A stretch of 63,991 nucleotides of DNA, the filler included, from Conidiobolus incongruus B7586 (taxonomy: Eukaryota): assembly GCA_000697335.1 (NCBI GenBank). It is 11 parts of 11 records of this genome, joined end to end, with 100 filler letters (N's around TTAATTAATTAA, not from the genome) between each part and the next. Parts side by side here need not be neighbours in the genome. Positions count along the whole stretch, not along the records: positions 1 to 10,880 come from JNEM01006545.1; positions 10,981 to 15,786 come from JNEM01006546.1; 9 more parts are not named here. One strand, written 5' to 3'. Position numbers and translations under genes: made by a program. The notes under the pieces were generated by a model. It was not told the origin of the DNA, did not search any database, and saw only the letters and a list, made by a program, of their open reading frames with translations. Shown here piece after piece: positions 1-11,241 of the stretch (positions are counted from its first letter, which is position 1; each line of letters opens with the position of its first letter).

Positions 1-1808
1 TTAAATTATTAATATAAATATTAAAAATATGAATTTAATAATTTATTTTTAAAAGCTATTTTATTTAAATAAATTTAATTAAATAGAATATAATTATTAA
101 AATAATTAAAAATAATTTTCCAAATAAATAAATTTTACCTTGATATTTATATTTTTATTTCACCCCCCAAAAATAAAAATTATTAATATATTTTATAACA
201 ATATTCTTAAAACTTATTAAGACCTTAGAATTTAACTTAATATAAGATTTCTATACTTAAGACCATTATCTATTATTTTATAATATGAAGGAAAATATTA
301 TATTATAATTATTACAAGGAAAATTAATATTTAATAAATTATCTAATTTATTTAAAAAATAAATTAATATGGAAAGATTTTAAAAACATAAAAATTACAA
401 AAGGATTCAAAAGATACTAAAAAGCAATAAATAAGATTTAATTTATTTTGATAAATAAATTAATCTGAGGGAAGTATTAAAAATAAATTTAATAATCAAA
501 ATCAAATCCAACTGAGTATATTATTAGAGTTTAAATTAAAATTTAATTATAAACTAACCCTAGTCTCATAATGTTTTAGCATTTATTATATATATACCAT
601 ATATTATTATAAACAGGAGAGAAACTAAAAACAGAAAAATCAAAGAATAAACCAAATTATTTGTCCTTGAAATTACTTATTTACACAGTATTTTTAAAGA
701 ATACATTATGTTAACTGAAACAAATTTTTGAAAAATTAGTTTCAATAAAAGTAGCAATATAATTTCATATTTGAGAAGCATCTTGAAAAGTAAAATTGAA
801 TATATTTTTGATTTTGTAGTTAATCGACTGAATTTTGGGTTTAGTGTTCTGAAATAGGTTATGAATAAGTTTTCCAAAGTTTGTGGTAGTTCCTATATAT
901 TTTTCATTTTAGTAACCATCAGTAACGGTGATTGAATTTGAATTTAATTTTTAAATTTTCAATTTTAATTAAAATTTATAAATGCATTGACATTATTTGA
1001 TAACGATTAGTATGACAAATTTGATAAAGATCTGAACTGGATCATTGCTGCTGAATATTCAAATATTCAAAGTGCGATTGACACAGAAACTATAGAGATG
1101 TAGTTTTAGTATATTTTTATGTAAATTATATAAAAAAATACTGTATATTGTAGTTCAGCAATTCAATATCTATGGTATTAAGAGATAAATCCTCCTAGCT
1201 TGATAATTACAAAAATTCTAATTTTTCCAAATATAATCAACACGACAAATTATACAGAGAATTAATCCAATAAAAATTAGCTTTAACAATGTTTATATGA
1301 TTTTAAAAAATCTTGCTTATACATTGGGAATTATGTAGATGTTTCACTTTGAAAAGATAAATAGATCTAACTATTCTATTGAATCATTTATTTATTAATT
1401 GAATATTGATCATATTAATTATAAGAGATAGTGTTGCATTTTAAAATTAACCATTTATCTTGATTTGATAGTCAAACCAATATTATTTCCAATCTAAGTT
1501 GGATTTGTCAGTCTATAATTAAAGGATACTCTTTGTTAGATATATCATTCACTGAATTAACTATTTAAACTTAGAAGTGATATAGATAGAGAAAGAAGTT
1601 TTTCTGGATATTCTGCTATAATGTCACAACAATAAGTTTAAAGCTTTATAGTCCCAATAGGTTAAAGAGCAGGATTAATAAATAATTTACTAAATTGTAT
1701 TTGAAGTACTTTTCTAACAACAATTTTTATTTACAAAACATATTATAAAACACAAAAATAGTCTAGGAAACATTAATTTATTTGAATATAAATAATAAAT
1801 AATTTATA

Positions 1809-2518
1809 TTAAAATTTTAGATTTAGGAAATCAGGATGAAAACTTTCGGTAATTAGACATTTAAACCCTGGTATGGATAGGGTATATTGTCTAATTAGTT
1901 GACCTGTTTTGATTTTACGTTTTATCCATAATAATTGAAATTCGGGTAATATACTCAGATATCGGAATACTTGACCAATTCCGACTTGTCCCGATTCGAT
2001 CAGTTCGATAATATTTGGATCTGTAACTGTGATGATACTGATAGCGTTGCAGATTATCTAGATAACAGGATCAGTATACGTTGAATCAATATTCAATAAA
2101 GTATTACTTCATTCTGACAGCATAAATTCACTTCGCGATCGTATATTTTATTGGATTGGGATGAATTCGATTTTTCAATATTTTTGACAAATTCAATATA
2201 TATTTTTTGGTTATAAAATGCACTAAAAAATTGATCAATAAGATCTCAATGATGAATACAGTATATAATATACCTTAAAAGCCTCTGTAAGTTACCGTTA
2301 GCAGATAAAAATATCCTCTCAATGGGAGAAAACTTGCCCTCTAGAATTGTAGTGGTATCACTTTGAGACATAATATCACCAAAGTGACTGGGGACATATC
2401 TGTATTCCTCTTCCTGTAACCCCTTTGCAGTTACAATCATAGTGATTTCTTCATTATTTTCCAACTGATCAGACGTAACCTTGTCAAAGGGAATCTCACT
2501 TGATTTATACTCAACCAT
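1809..2518 (-). CDS. Chorismate lyase-like (UbiC/DUF98/Rv2949c-type fold) protein, 3 exons, ~202 aa
   Basis: Manually spliced exons 2518-2274, 2222-2108 and 2057-1809 with GT-AG introns give an open frame. It reads ...SPIERIFLSANGNLQRLLSAFYNQKIYIEFV...YDREVNLCCQNEIICNAISIITV...IESGQVGIGQVFRYL...IRQYTLSIPGFKCLITESFHPDF. This resembles the R-x-L-x-x-x-G-S/N-x-x-x-L, R-E-V-x-L, IG and I-x-E-x-F pattern of chorismate-lyase-fold proteins. An upstream exon is not excluded. Confidence 0.7.
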
Positions 2519-3583
2519 TCTAGATCCACTCAATTTATATTATTTATGATATTAATCAATAGTATTGGATAATCGAGCGTGATTTAAAATAGAAATACAA
2601 AGTAAATTGGATGATTTGAATGTTTGTATTACTTGAAGCAAAGAGTGCAAAGATCGATTATAAAAATAACCCACTTTTTAGAATTTTATGGGAATATATT
2701 GTATAATTAATTGATTTGACAAATTACCGGCTATTCAATATGAGTATTTAAATTAGCACAATTCAAGTATAACTGAAAATAAGAGATGATTATGAGCGAT
2801 TAATTATTAAATAGGATTATAGATGAATATACAAAAGTGGAAAATTGGTAATTTATATTAGTATACTGTAGTTTTTATTATTTATTCAAATTTTATTAAT
2901 TACTCGAATAGTTTGAAATTGAATAGTTAAAGATAATAGAAGGATATCAAATTTTGGAATGAAATGTTATAAATATATTCATAGTAAATATTATTTCATT
3001 TTAATAAATTTTTAATTGCAATATTTATAGATATAAAATTCCAATTTCACTAATTTTAAAAATTTTTTCTGAATTAAAATTTGAAAATTCATTGGGAATT
3101 TATTTATAATAAATAAATCAAAATAGTTTTATTATTAAGATTGATAAGGATTTGATTGATATTTGTTAATTATACACTTCTAATTGTATAAACATTATAA
3201 TATAAACTATAACTAGCATTTTTTATTCTAAAATTTTTGCAAAATCTTAAATTATTTTCAGAACTGCCACAGCTCTCAGTGACATTACCACTGAAATCAT
3301 GATCTACTGAGAGTTGTCACCAATCAATAACCCGCACAACTAGAACTGTGCTATATATTGGTAGCTAGATTACTAATGAACAGAAATATGTTAAGAACAA
3401 ATATAAGGTTTATTGTAGATATTGCACACAACAACAAGCCAAAGCATAGTTGTTGTACCAAAGATGGTATTTATACAATAATACCAGTATTGAGATAGAG
3501 TCATATGCATGCAATATGACTTTATTGGTAGAATATTATGAGACTTAGGAGGAATGGAGTCAGGTCTGTCAAAAGAAGATTAG

Positions 3584-3656
3584 ATCCTTATGATTCAATG
3601 TATAAAGCATTGGACTTCTAATTGAGGGATTCTGGGTTCGATCCCCGGTAGGGGTG
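3584..3656 (+). tRNA. tRNA-Arg(TCT)-like sequence, probably a pseudogene
   Basis: 73 nt. Acceptor stem ATCCTTA/TAGGGGT plus G discriminator, anticodon loop CTTCTAA, T-arm CTGGG-TTCGATC-CCCGG. The D-stem and anticodon stem contain mismatches. A T5 run lies ~30 nt downstream. Confidence 0.7.
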
Positions 3657-5004
3657 GTAGATGGCTAATATTCTGTATCTCAAAATCTTTTTGGAATAAA
3701 AATGTGGATTTGAAATATAATGATCGAATAATTACTCGTATAGTTTGGTTTTATAATACTTGACACATTGTTGAAACATTATCTTAAAATTTATTAATTT
3801 GAATAATTTAAATTGATCTGTATATATTTTAAATTATGATACTATGTATACCAATTTTTATATTTAAATTTTTAAATAAAATGATATTTTATGCAATACA
3901 TTTAGAAATATTATATATATATTGCAAATTAATCAATTGCTCATTAGTAATTATAATGAATCAACTAAAATTATAATTCATTTGGTATTATTAATCTACA
4001 GATTGATTGTGATAATTTTGATTGATTTATCTTCTTGCCTAGAATGTTGTTATATTAAATCAATTTTTCAATACTGTAGTAATTTGAAACAATGAAGTTA
4101 AATAATAGGTACTATTGGAAAGAAACACTTTATAGTTAGATGGTTATCAATGGGGAATAATAACCAAATACCATATACCATATAAAGATTATTTTTTTTG
4201 ATTAATTAATGAATTTTAAGAGTGGCTTATACTCAATCACATATATGAAAATATTAATCACCTAAAGCAAATTGCTAAATGTTAGGAATGATAAGGTTGA
4301 ATTTATTAGAACAATTAATAAGGATAACAATCCTACTAATTTTAACTATTAAATAATATTAAACAAAAAAAAGATATTTTATTTTTCTAATGGTGAAATC
4401 ATTAAAATATTTCATTAACTAAAATATTATTTAAACGATAGATATTATTGAAAACCTTTTGTCATGAGTACCTGTTTTATTGAATCTCAATTATTTAAGA
4501 TTTTTCAGTTTTTGACGATATCAAAGCAAATTATATATATTTTTTATATTATTTTTAAAAATATCAAATTAATAATATTAGTGCCACTGTTATTTATATA
4601 AGAATTTTAATTGGATTTGATGAATTAATAAATTTTAGATGAGGACAATTTCTACAAATAATATTTTGTAATCAGATTAAAAAAGATCCGAATTAATGTG
4701 AAAAAGGGGCGAATATGTATAAAATGAATTCAATGTCTACCTTCACACAAAGAAATATAATATGAAAACGACTCTTTTACGGATGTAGACTTAGTGAGAT
4801 TTGCCATTTCCAAAATCATAGAGGTCTAAAATAAAATCTTTTTCATAATTTCCACAATGAAGAAATCGGATTGGATTTTGCCTTATTCAAATCTCATTCT
4901 AAAAACACTACGTTTTATTTTAAAATCTCAGTAATTTGATATAAATATTTTCAATATATGAAAGAAAATATCTTTATTGATGAATTGTGTATTTATCGCA
5001 AACA

Positions 5005-5763
5005 ATGAATTTATTACCATTTGTCCAGTGTGTTATGCTATCCCTAATAGCGTTTATTGTAGTTGACGAAATTTTGATGTTTATGATGTTGGGAATGATC
5101 ATTGAGGATATTTGGAGTTGGCTGCTGCATTGGCTATGCTTATTCGGAGCTGCCGGCGAAATTATCTCGTTTTTAATCCCTCAAATGTCGCCAGTGCGCG
5201 AAGAAGATCTTTGGAAGTATTACCTGGTAGCTTGTATCATTTGGATGATTTATATTAATAGTTTTATTTTGATGTTAATAAGACAGACTTCTGTATTTTC
5301 TAGTAAAAAAAGTATGATTAGGATCGTATCTAGTTATAATGGAATGGTACTACTCGGTCAAATATTCTTTTCAGTTTATTTTGTTTGGGATGCTTTTTTA
5401 AATGTTGAGACTCACCAATTTCACGTTAAATTATCAGAACAATTAATTGCCACCTATAGTATAATATTCGAATTATCTATCAATTTTTATGTAATCTACA
5501 AAATCCATCAAAAAATTCAACAAGTTGAAGGTAATAGATTGAAAGGCAAGAAAAATCTAATTAAATTACTAGTTACACTAGCATTTTTCAGTACATTAGA
5601 TATCTTTTTGTTGGTTATAGAATTCTATGGACTTGTAGAATATTGCTATATCATTAAACCCTACATATTTGCCTTCAAATCTAGAGTTGAATACTTATGT
5701 CTTGGGGCTATTCGAAAGCATTTTATGGATGAGAATAGAGAAATTACAAGATTTCAAATTTGA
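5005..5763 (+). CDS. Intronless multi-pass membrane protein of unknown function (about 6-7 TM, receptor-like)
   Basis: 252-codon ORF from ATG 5005 with regularly spaced hydrophobic segments and a basic loop (RLKGKKNLIK) before the last helices. No family recognised. Confidence 0.65.
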   Translation: MNLLPFVQCVMLSLIAFIVVDEILMFMMLGMIIEDIWSWLLHWLCLFGAAGEIISFLIPQMSPVREEDLWKYYLVACIIWMIYINSFILMLIRQTSVFSSKKSMIRIVSSYNGMVLLGQIFFSVYFVWDAFLNVETHQFHVKLSEQLIATYSIIFELSINFYVIYKIHQKIQQVEGNRLKGKKNLIKLLVTLAFFSTLDIFLLVIEFYGLVEYCYIIKPYIFAFKSRVEYLCLGAIRKHFMDENREITRFQI

Positions 5764-6043
5764 TTATAGTTACTATTACTATGATTAATAAATTTAAAAA
5801 ATAAACCTTTTTTCTATATTTTTCAATTTATCAAATCTGAAACCCAATATTGAATATTAAATCTATTTAAATGGTTCAAATAATGATAAATAGCGAAAAC
5901 GAACCTAAATTTAAAGGAACTAATCAAACCAATTAAAATTCACCAAATATAAACAATTATATCAACTAAAATTAAATTTTAATAGAATGAGACTTTTGTT
6001 TTTTATTTATAAAAAATTGAATATATAAATAATCATAATAAAA

Positions 6044-7343
6044 ATGGAAACTGAAGAATTTAAAAGTATCAAAGATATTAAAAAATTATTCGAAAATAAT
6101 CCTAATAACAATCATACTAATGGTAATAGTAATAATAATGAAGAGAATCAATTAAGTGTTAAGGATCTTAAAAGTCGATTTGAATCCAAATCACCTACTA
6201 TAGCCACTACAACTGTTAATAATACTAATACTAATACTGCTAAACCAAATTCACCACCTCCAATACCTTCTAAGCCCAAAACCAAGTCGAAACCGCCCCC
6301 GATACCAACTAACAAGCCAGATTTGACATCTTTAAAATCGAAATTGAAATCTCCACAACCTTCAATAAGAAAGAGTAGTAACAGTCCAATCAATGAAGAA
6401 AAATCATTGAAGGCAGACATAGAAAAGAATAACTCTTCACAACTTTCAATGAAGAAGTGTAACAGTCCTGTAAATGACGAAACATTACACAAATCAGAAT
6501 ACGAGGCACCAACCAAAGCAGTGATCAATAACAATCCAAACTTAAAACAATCTTTAAGTCCTAAACCCATTCAGAGGTCAGTTACTTTGAACGAGACTAA
6601 AAGACAGATTCAATCACCTCTACACGAGGTAAAACCCATTTTCTAAATTCAAAAAATTCAAGGTATTTATTTTTTGTTAGAAATTAAAAATAAATGACGA
6701 ACCTCCAAGACTACCAGAACGCAGGAATGATTCTATGACGGTAGAAGAGCCGGAGCAATTGGATCACTTGTTCACAGATTTGAAAGGTAAAACTTAATGA
6801 CAAATGACCCTGAATTTAAAAACTTAACCATTGTTGAAGATCCCTTTTCCAGAAGTTCATCTAGCTCTAATTCTCATCATGATCCTCCAAGGTTGCCGCC
6901 CAGAAGATCGACTTTGCCAGCGCAACCTACTATACTTACACCTTTGCAATCACCTCAGCCCAAATTAATAGATATATGGTACGATAAAATTCCTACGAAT
7001 AATAAGATGAGATATCAAAAACTATTTCAAGAGTTGGATACCGAATTAGAAGGATTTATTTGGGGTAAAATATATAAATTTTATATGATATGATATAGTA
7101 TATTCAATGATTTTTAGGTCCCGAAGCACGTAATATAATGATAAGAAGTCGATTAGATTGTGATACATTGGGCAATATTTGGTAAGTATTATTGATTGCA
7201 TTTATTAAATATAATATTAATTTGACTGTAGGGATTTGGTAGATATGAACAAAGATGGACAATTGGATCAAAAAGAATTTTGTATTATGCTATATTTAAT
7301 CGATCGTCGATTGCAAGGTTATGAAATTCCTCAAAATTTATAA
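6044..7343 (+). CDS. Proline-rich protein with C-terminal EH (Eps15 homology) domain, Irs4/Tax4-like architecture, 5 exons
   Basis: Exons 6044-6628, 6681-6786, 6840-7064, 7118-7181 and 7232-7343, all GT-AG and in frame. The C-terminus RYQKLFQELD...GFIWGPEARNIMIRSRLDCDTLGNIWDLVDMNKDGQLDQKEFCIMLYLI is a typical EH domain. Confidence 0.85.
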
Positions 7344-7499
7344 TTTATTTATTTAATAATAAAATTTATTTAATTTGGATGATTTTATTAAATTATATGA
7401 TGAGGATTAAATATCTATAATTGGAAAATCTAATCTTTTAAATTATTTTTCTTTAGAAGTAATATTATGATTATTAATGGAAGTTTTGATGATAGAAGC

Positions 7500-9890
7500 T
7501 TGAAAAGCACTCTATTGTAATTTTCATAATTTCAACTAATATCATGGTAGTATATCCCGAAGAATTTAATTCAAAACTCATTTTAATGGCTAATTTGTCA
7601 CCATCTAAACTTTTTTAATAAGTGGTAATTCATATGGGATCTATACCTATGATAATTTACCTTGTGTGGAATCGGGTTAAGGCTTATGATTCAGTTTACC
7701 TAAATCGCTCAAGACTAAAGGAATGGTTTCGTCTTTTATTTGAATATTTCGTAATCAAAATTTCTTGCCGAGATGACTATGGGACGATAATCTCCTGGTA
7801 ATGAGAATTCGCGTTGATTGCGACTCATATTAGATAGGTCTAATCCATCTTGAGCCATTTTTTTCAACATAAACTTCACACAGACCAGATACTCTAGGGT
7901 ATTGTACTTGATGGCCTAGTAATAGCAATACCACATCTTTTAAAGTCTATGAACTGAGTTGAGATTCTTCAGTAATCAAGATAGGATCTTTTAATGGATC
8001 AGTTTGAACTAAGTCTCTGATAACAGGATTGATGCCAAATTTTTCAACTCTCAAATCAACCATATGATTCCAAATATATCTTTGATAGGAGTGAAGATAT
8101 ATCGATCTTAAATTTCTGGGAAGCATCATCAATGCACCGCAATAGTTGGTAATTTGGTTGTTGGATTTTTGAAAAAAGGCAAGTAAAGCACGTTCAGTAA
8201 CACACCACTTTGGGGTTTTCTCGTCATTTGTTACGTGCGTCAATTTCGTTAGAATGCTGGCCTTCCCTTGGATCTAAGATTAATTGAACAGTACGTTTCC
8301 AGTCCATGTTCAATAGTGTGGATCCAACAGCATAAGTAGGAATGGCAGTTGTACCAAATCGTTGCATACCAAAATAGTTAATAACTTATGGATCTTGTTT
8401 AAAGGGCTTTAACTTGCCTTCAATTTTATTGATAATTTCATTGAGAGAATGTGATTGATTGTCAGTATCTTTCAACATGGCATTCCTATAACCGATTGAT
8501 ACTTATAATTACATCTATAAAAATTTTATAATTACCTAATAATCAAAGTAAACTGATATCCTTTAAGATCACCAAGCCTTAGAGGATTATTTTCATATCT
8601 AAATGATACATAAATAAAAATTATTTGATGATTATATACGACGAATTACTTGAAATTGCCCAAAGCATCATTCTTAATCACATTATTGAACCTTGTAACT
8701 TTTGAAGATTGGTTTTAAATGCCAAGATTCTTTGAGCGGTAATATCTCGACAATCTTTAGTACGAGTAAAAGTAAAGTTTTTAAATGGAACTCTATCAAA
8801 TCATTAATAATAAATTGATTGTTGTGACTATATATGTACCTAATGATTCTAAATATAAATCCGATTAAATCGTTGATTTCTCTATTTTCTTTATATAAAC
8901 TGAGGTGAAGATAATCAGATTTGGCATCATCATTATTCGAATTCCCCTGGGATCTTTTATTATGATTTTTGTTATTATAAGTAGATTTGGTATCTACAAA
9001 ATTAAATTAGATATTATAAGATTATCCATTGAATTGAATAATACCTTGATTGCATTTATTTTTGTGACTAAAGTTAATGGAAGAATCTTCAGAATTGGTA
9101 GTGGTATAGAATAATCTTTTAAAATATTGTTTAACGTATATATGAATTTGTGCTCTTAATTCTTTGTTGGGAGTATTCTATTTCAAAGAAAATCAGAATG
9201 AAAAAAGATAATTACTAAATGATATGGTGTAATTACTTTGGATTTCACAATTGATTTATCTTTAGTAATTAATAAAGATTTTAAACCTTTGATATGTTGA
9301 TCCCTTTCAGCTAAGTTTAATTGTTGAGGACATTCTGCAGAGTTGAATAAATTGACTAATCCTTCATAATCTCTTGCTTCAATTTCTTCATTGGATTCAG
9401 ATTTGGCTTCTTCGGATTGTTTTTCTGAATTAGGTTTACTATCCTCAGCCTTAATTTCTGTTCACTGGTTAACTTCTTTGTTGTCTTGAAATTCAACTAA
9501 AGTTTCAACACCATTAACAGTTTTTGTCTAATTATATCCATTTTTGGAAATTTCTGTCAAATGAACTACTTAGCCACTAGATCAATTTCATTAACTAAAA
9601 AATCATAATATCTCAATCATCATCTCAATAAATTGCTTTGATTCTATTAAAATATCGTTTAATATAAATTTTTAATAATCCCAACAAAACCCAAACGTTC
9701 GGGATGAACATAAGCAATAACACCACAATTTTCTTCATTATTAAAAATAATAACTCTATCAAAATTAGCTATCTGTTCTTCCGATATTTGAAATACTTCA
9801 GTCTCTACTGAGTCGGAATTATTTAATTTTAATTTTTAGCCAATGAGTATAACTTGGGTTTGGTTATGGGTATTTTCTAATAATTTGATA
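7500..9890 (-). pseudogene. PUS7: PUS7/TruD-family pseudouridine synthase pseudogene (boundaries approximate)
   Basis: Minus-strand motifs in order: YDFLVNEID (~9590), FTRTKDCRDITAQR (catalytic GTKD motif, ~8750), [10 protein letters not shown] (~8370), LPRNLRSIYLHSYQ-x-YIWN (~8090), FSLPGDYR (~7795). These are interrupted by stops (e.g. NK*R ~8225) and frameshifts. Confidence 0.85.
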
Positions 9891-10655
9891 TTGATTTAAT
9901 TAAGTTTTTATATTGTTATTATATTTTTTTTTCCTTTTTAAAAAAAAACAATTTATATTTATATTATTAACTTGATTTAAATTTAATCTTAAATAAAAAA
10001 ATTTTAAAATTATTATATAATGAAAATACAAAATAGATAAAATCATTTAAACATGATAGAGTGGAATTATAGATGATTGAATTAATAAAACTATTCAATA
10101 TCTAATTAGCTGATAAAAAATTGAATGACTTATTGATTATTATAATATGAAATTGATAATTAAATTTTTATTTTGAAATATTAAATAAATTATTTGAATT
10201 ATATCGTATAAAATCAATCAAAATCATTTTAAAATAATACGAATTATTTAACTTATATTTATTACTATATAAAAATTAGCAATTTCATTGTGTTTTAATA
10301 TTATAATATATTTAAGAAAATTTTAATCATTATAGGATATTGAATTCAATAGAAATACATTCTAGTTGATAATTTACATCAATAAGAAATGTTTAAATGC
10401 TGGATTCTCAGACTATCAGGGTCGTAACACAAAAAATCATTTAAAAAAGAAATTTATCATAGATATTAATAGAGAACAATTAGTCAAAATTTGAAGAATA
10501 TTTTAATAAAAGGATTACATTTTAATTGATATAGCAAACTTTTTCTTATTGATACTAAAAAATTCGGAAAGAATATTGAAACGTATTATTTACATTAAAA
10601 AATATGCTTTAAAAAATTGACAATTGTGCAATTCTTCTGGGTATTAATGATCAAT

Positions 10656-10880
10656 TTATCGACATTCCCAAATTTTAGCGGATTGATCCGTACTACCTGA
10701 TGCTACGAAGGGTGCATTTTGGTTGAAAGCTATGCTGGTGATAAAGTGTTCGTGACCTTCGAAATTTCTATTGCAGCGACCAGTAGACAATTCCCACGTT
10801 CTGATCGTTTTGTCGTCTGAGCAACTTAACATATACTTACCATTGGGATGAATTAATAATTCTCTAACCCAATTGTCATG
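10656..10880 (-). CDS. PAC1: 3' end of LIS1/PAC1/NudF dynein regulator (WD40); the 5' part is lost in an assembly gap
   Basis: Translation HDNWVRELLIHPNGKYMLSCSDDKTIRTWELSTGRCNRNFEGHEHFITSIAFNQNAPFVASGSTDQSAKIWECR* closely matches the LIS1 C-terminus (HDNWVR...DDKT...HEHFVT...VWECR). Confidence 0.9.
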   Translation of the reverse strand, partial: HDNWVRELLIHPNGKYMLSCSDDKTIRTWELSTGRCNRNFEGHEHFITSIAFNQNAPFVASGSTDQSAKIWECR

Positions 10881-10980
10881 NNNNNNNNNNNNNNNNNNNN
10901 NNNNNNNNNNNNNNNNNNNNNNNNTTAATTAATTAANNNNNNNNNNNNNNNNNNNNNNNNNNNNNNNNNNNNNNNNNNNN
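10881..10980. other. Assembly spacer (N-TTAATTAATTAA-N, 100 nt), first of ten
   Basis: The same spacer occurs at 15787, 17566, 18882, 31365, 48288, 56543, 58045, 59365 and 61333. The 12-mer gives stops in all six frames. Confidence 0.98.
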
Positions 10981-10994
10981 TATAGGAAATATAT

Positions 10995-11241
10995 ATTAAC
11001 TTGCAAAAGTAAGTTATATAATCTAAATTACTTATATATTTACTTATATCTTAAATAATTCTTAATTAAAAAATTTAAATTAAAATATATAATTTAACTA
11101 TATTAATAGATTTTAACTAACTATACTTGATTATATTTCATTTACTATTAGTTTATATATTAGAACTTAAATTTTAACCAAGGTGAGTTATAAGTTTACT
11201 GTTTTATTAGTCATAAAGATATAAATAACAAAACTTATATA
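10995..11241. mobile_element. Terminal region of an older Tc1-like element, interrupted by the copy at 11242
   Basis: Contains both the outer (ttgcaaaagtaagttata) and inner (aaggtgagttataag) repeats of the Tc1 family end. A very degraded body may continue at ~12815-13640. Confidence 0.6.

Noticed and set aside
980..1680. Slightly GC-richer stretch with coding-like fragments (DKDLNWIIAAEYSNIQSAID)
   Set aside because: Broken by stops with no identifiable family. It may be an old relic but cannot be supported.
3269..3350. Hairpin with TGA/AAA/CTGA words resembling a SECIS element, C/D snoRNA or TPP riboswitch
   Set aside because: There is no SECIS helix II, no proper C box, and no TPP P4/P5 consensus.
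6148..6570. 140-aa minus-strand ORF
   Set aside because: Antisense shadow of the low-complexity exon of the EH gene. The same applies to the antisense or alternate-frame ORFs 39983-40444, 40177-40521, 40567-40839, 41405-41602, 52874-53071, 53029-53286, 28485-28682 and 8905-9114.
10925..10936. TTAATTAATTAA repeated ten times inside N-runs, superficially a dispersed repeat or array
   Set aside because: It is an artificial six-frame-stop assembly linker, not biology.
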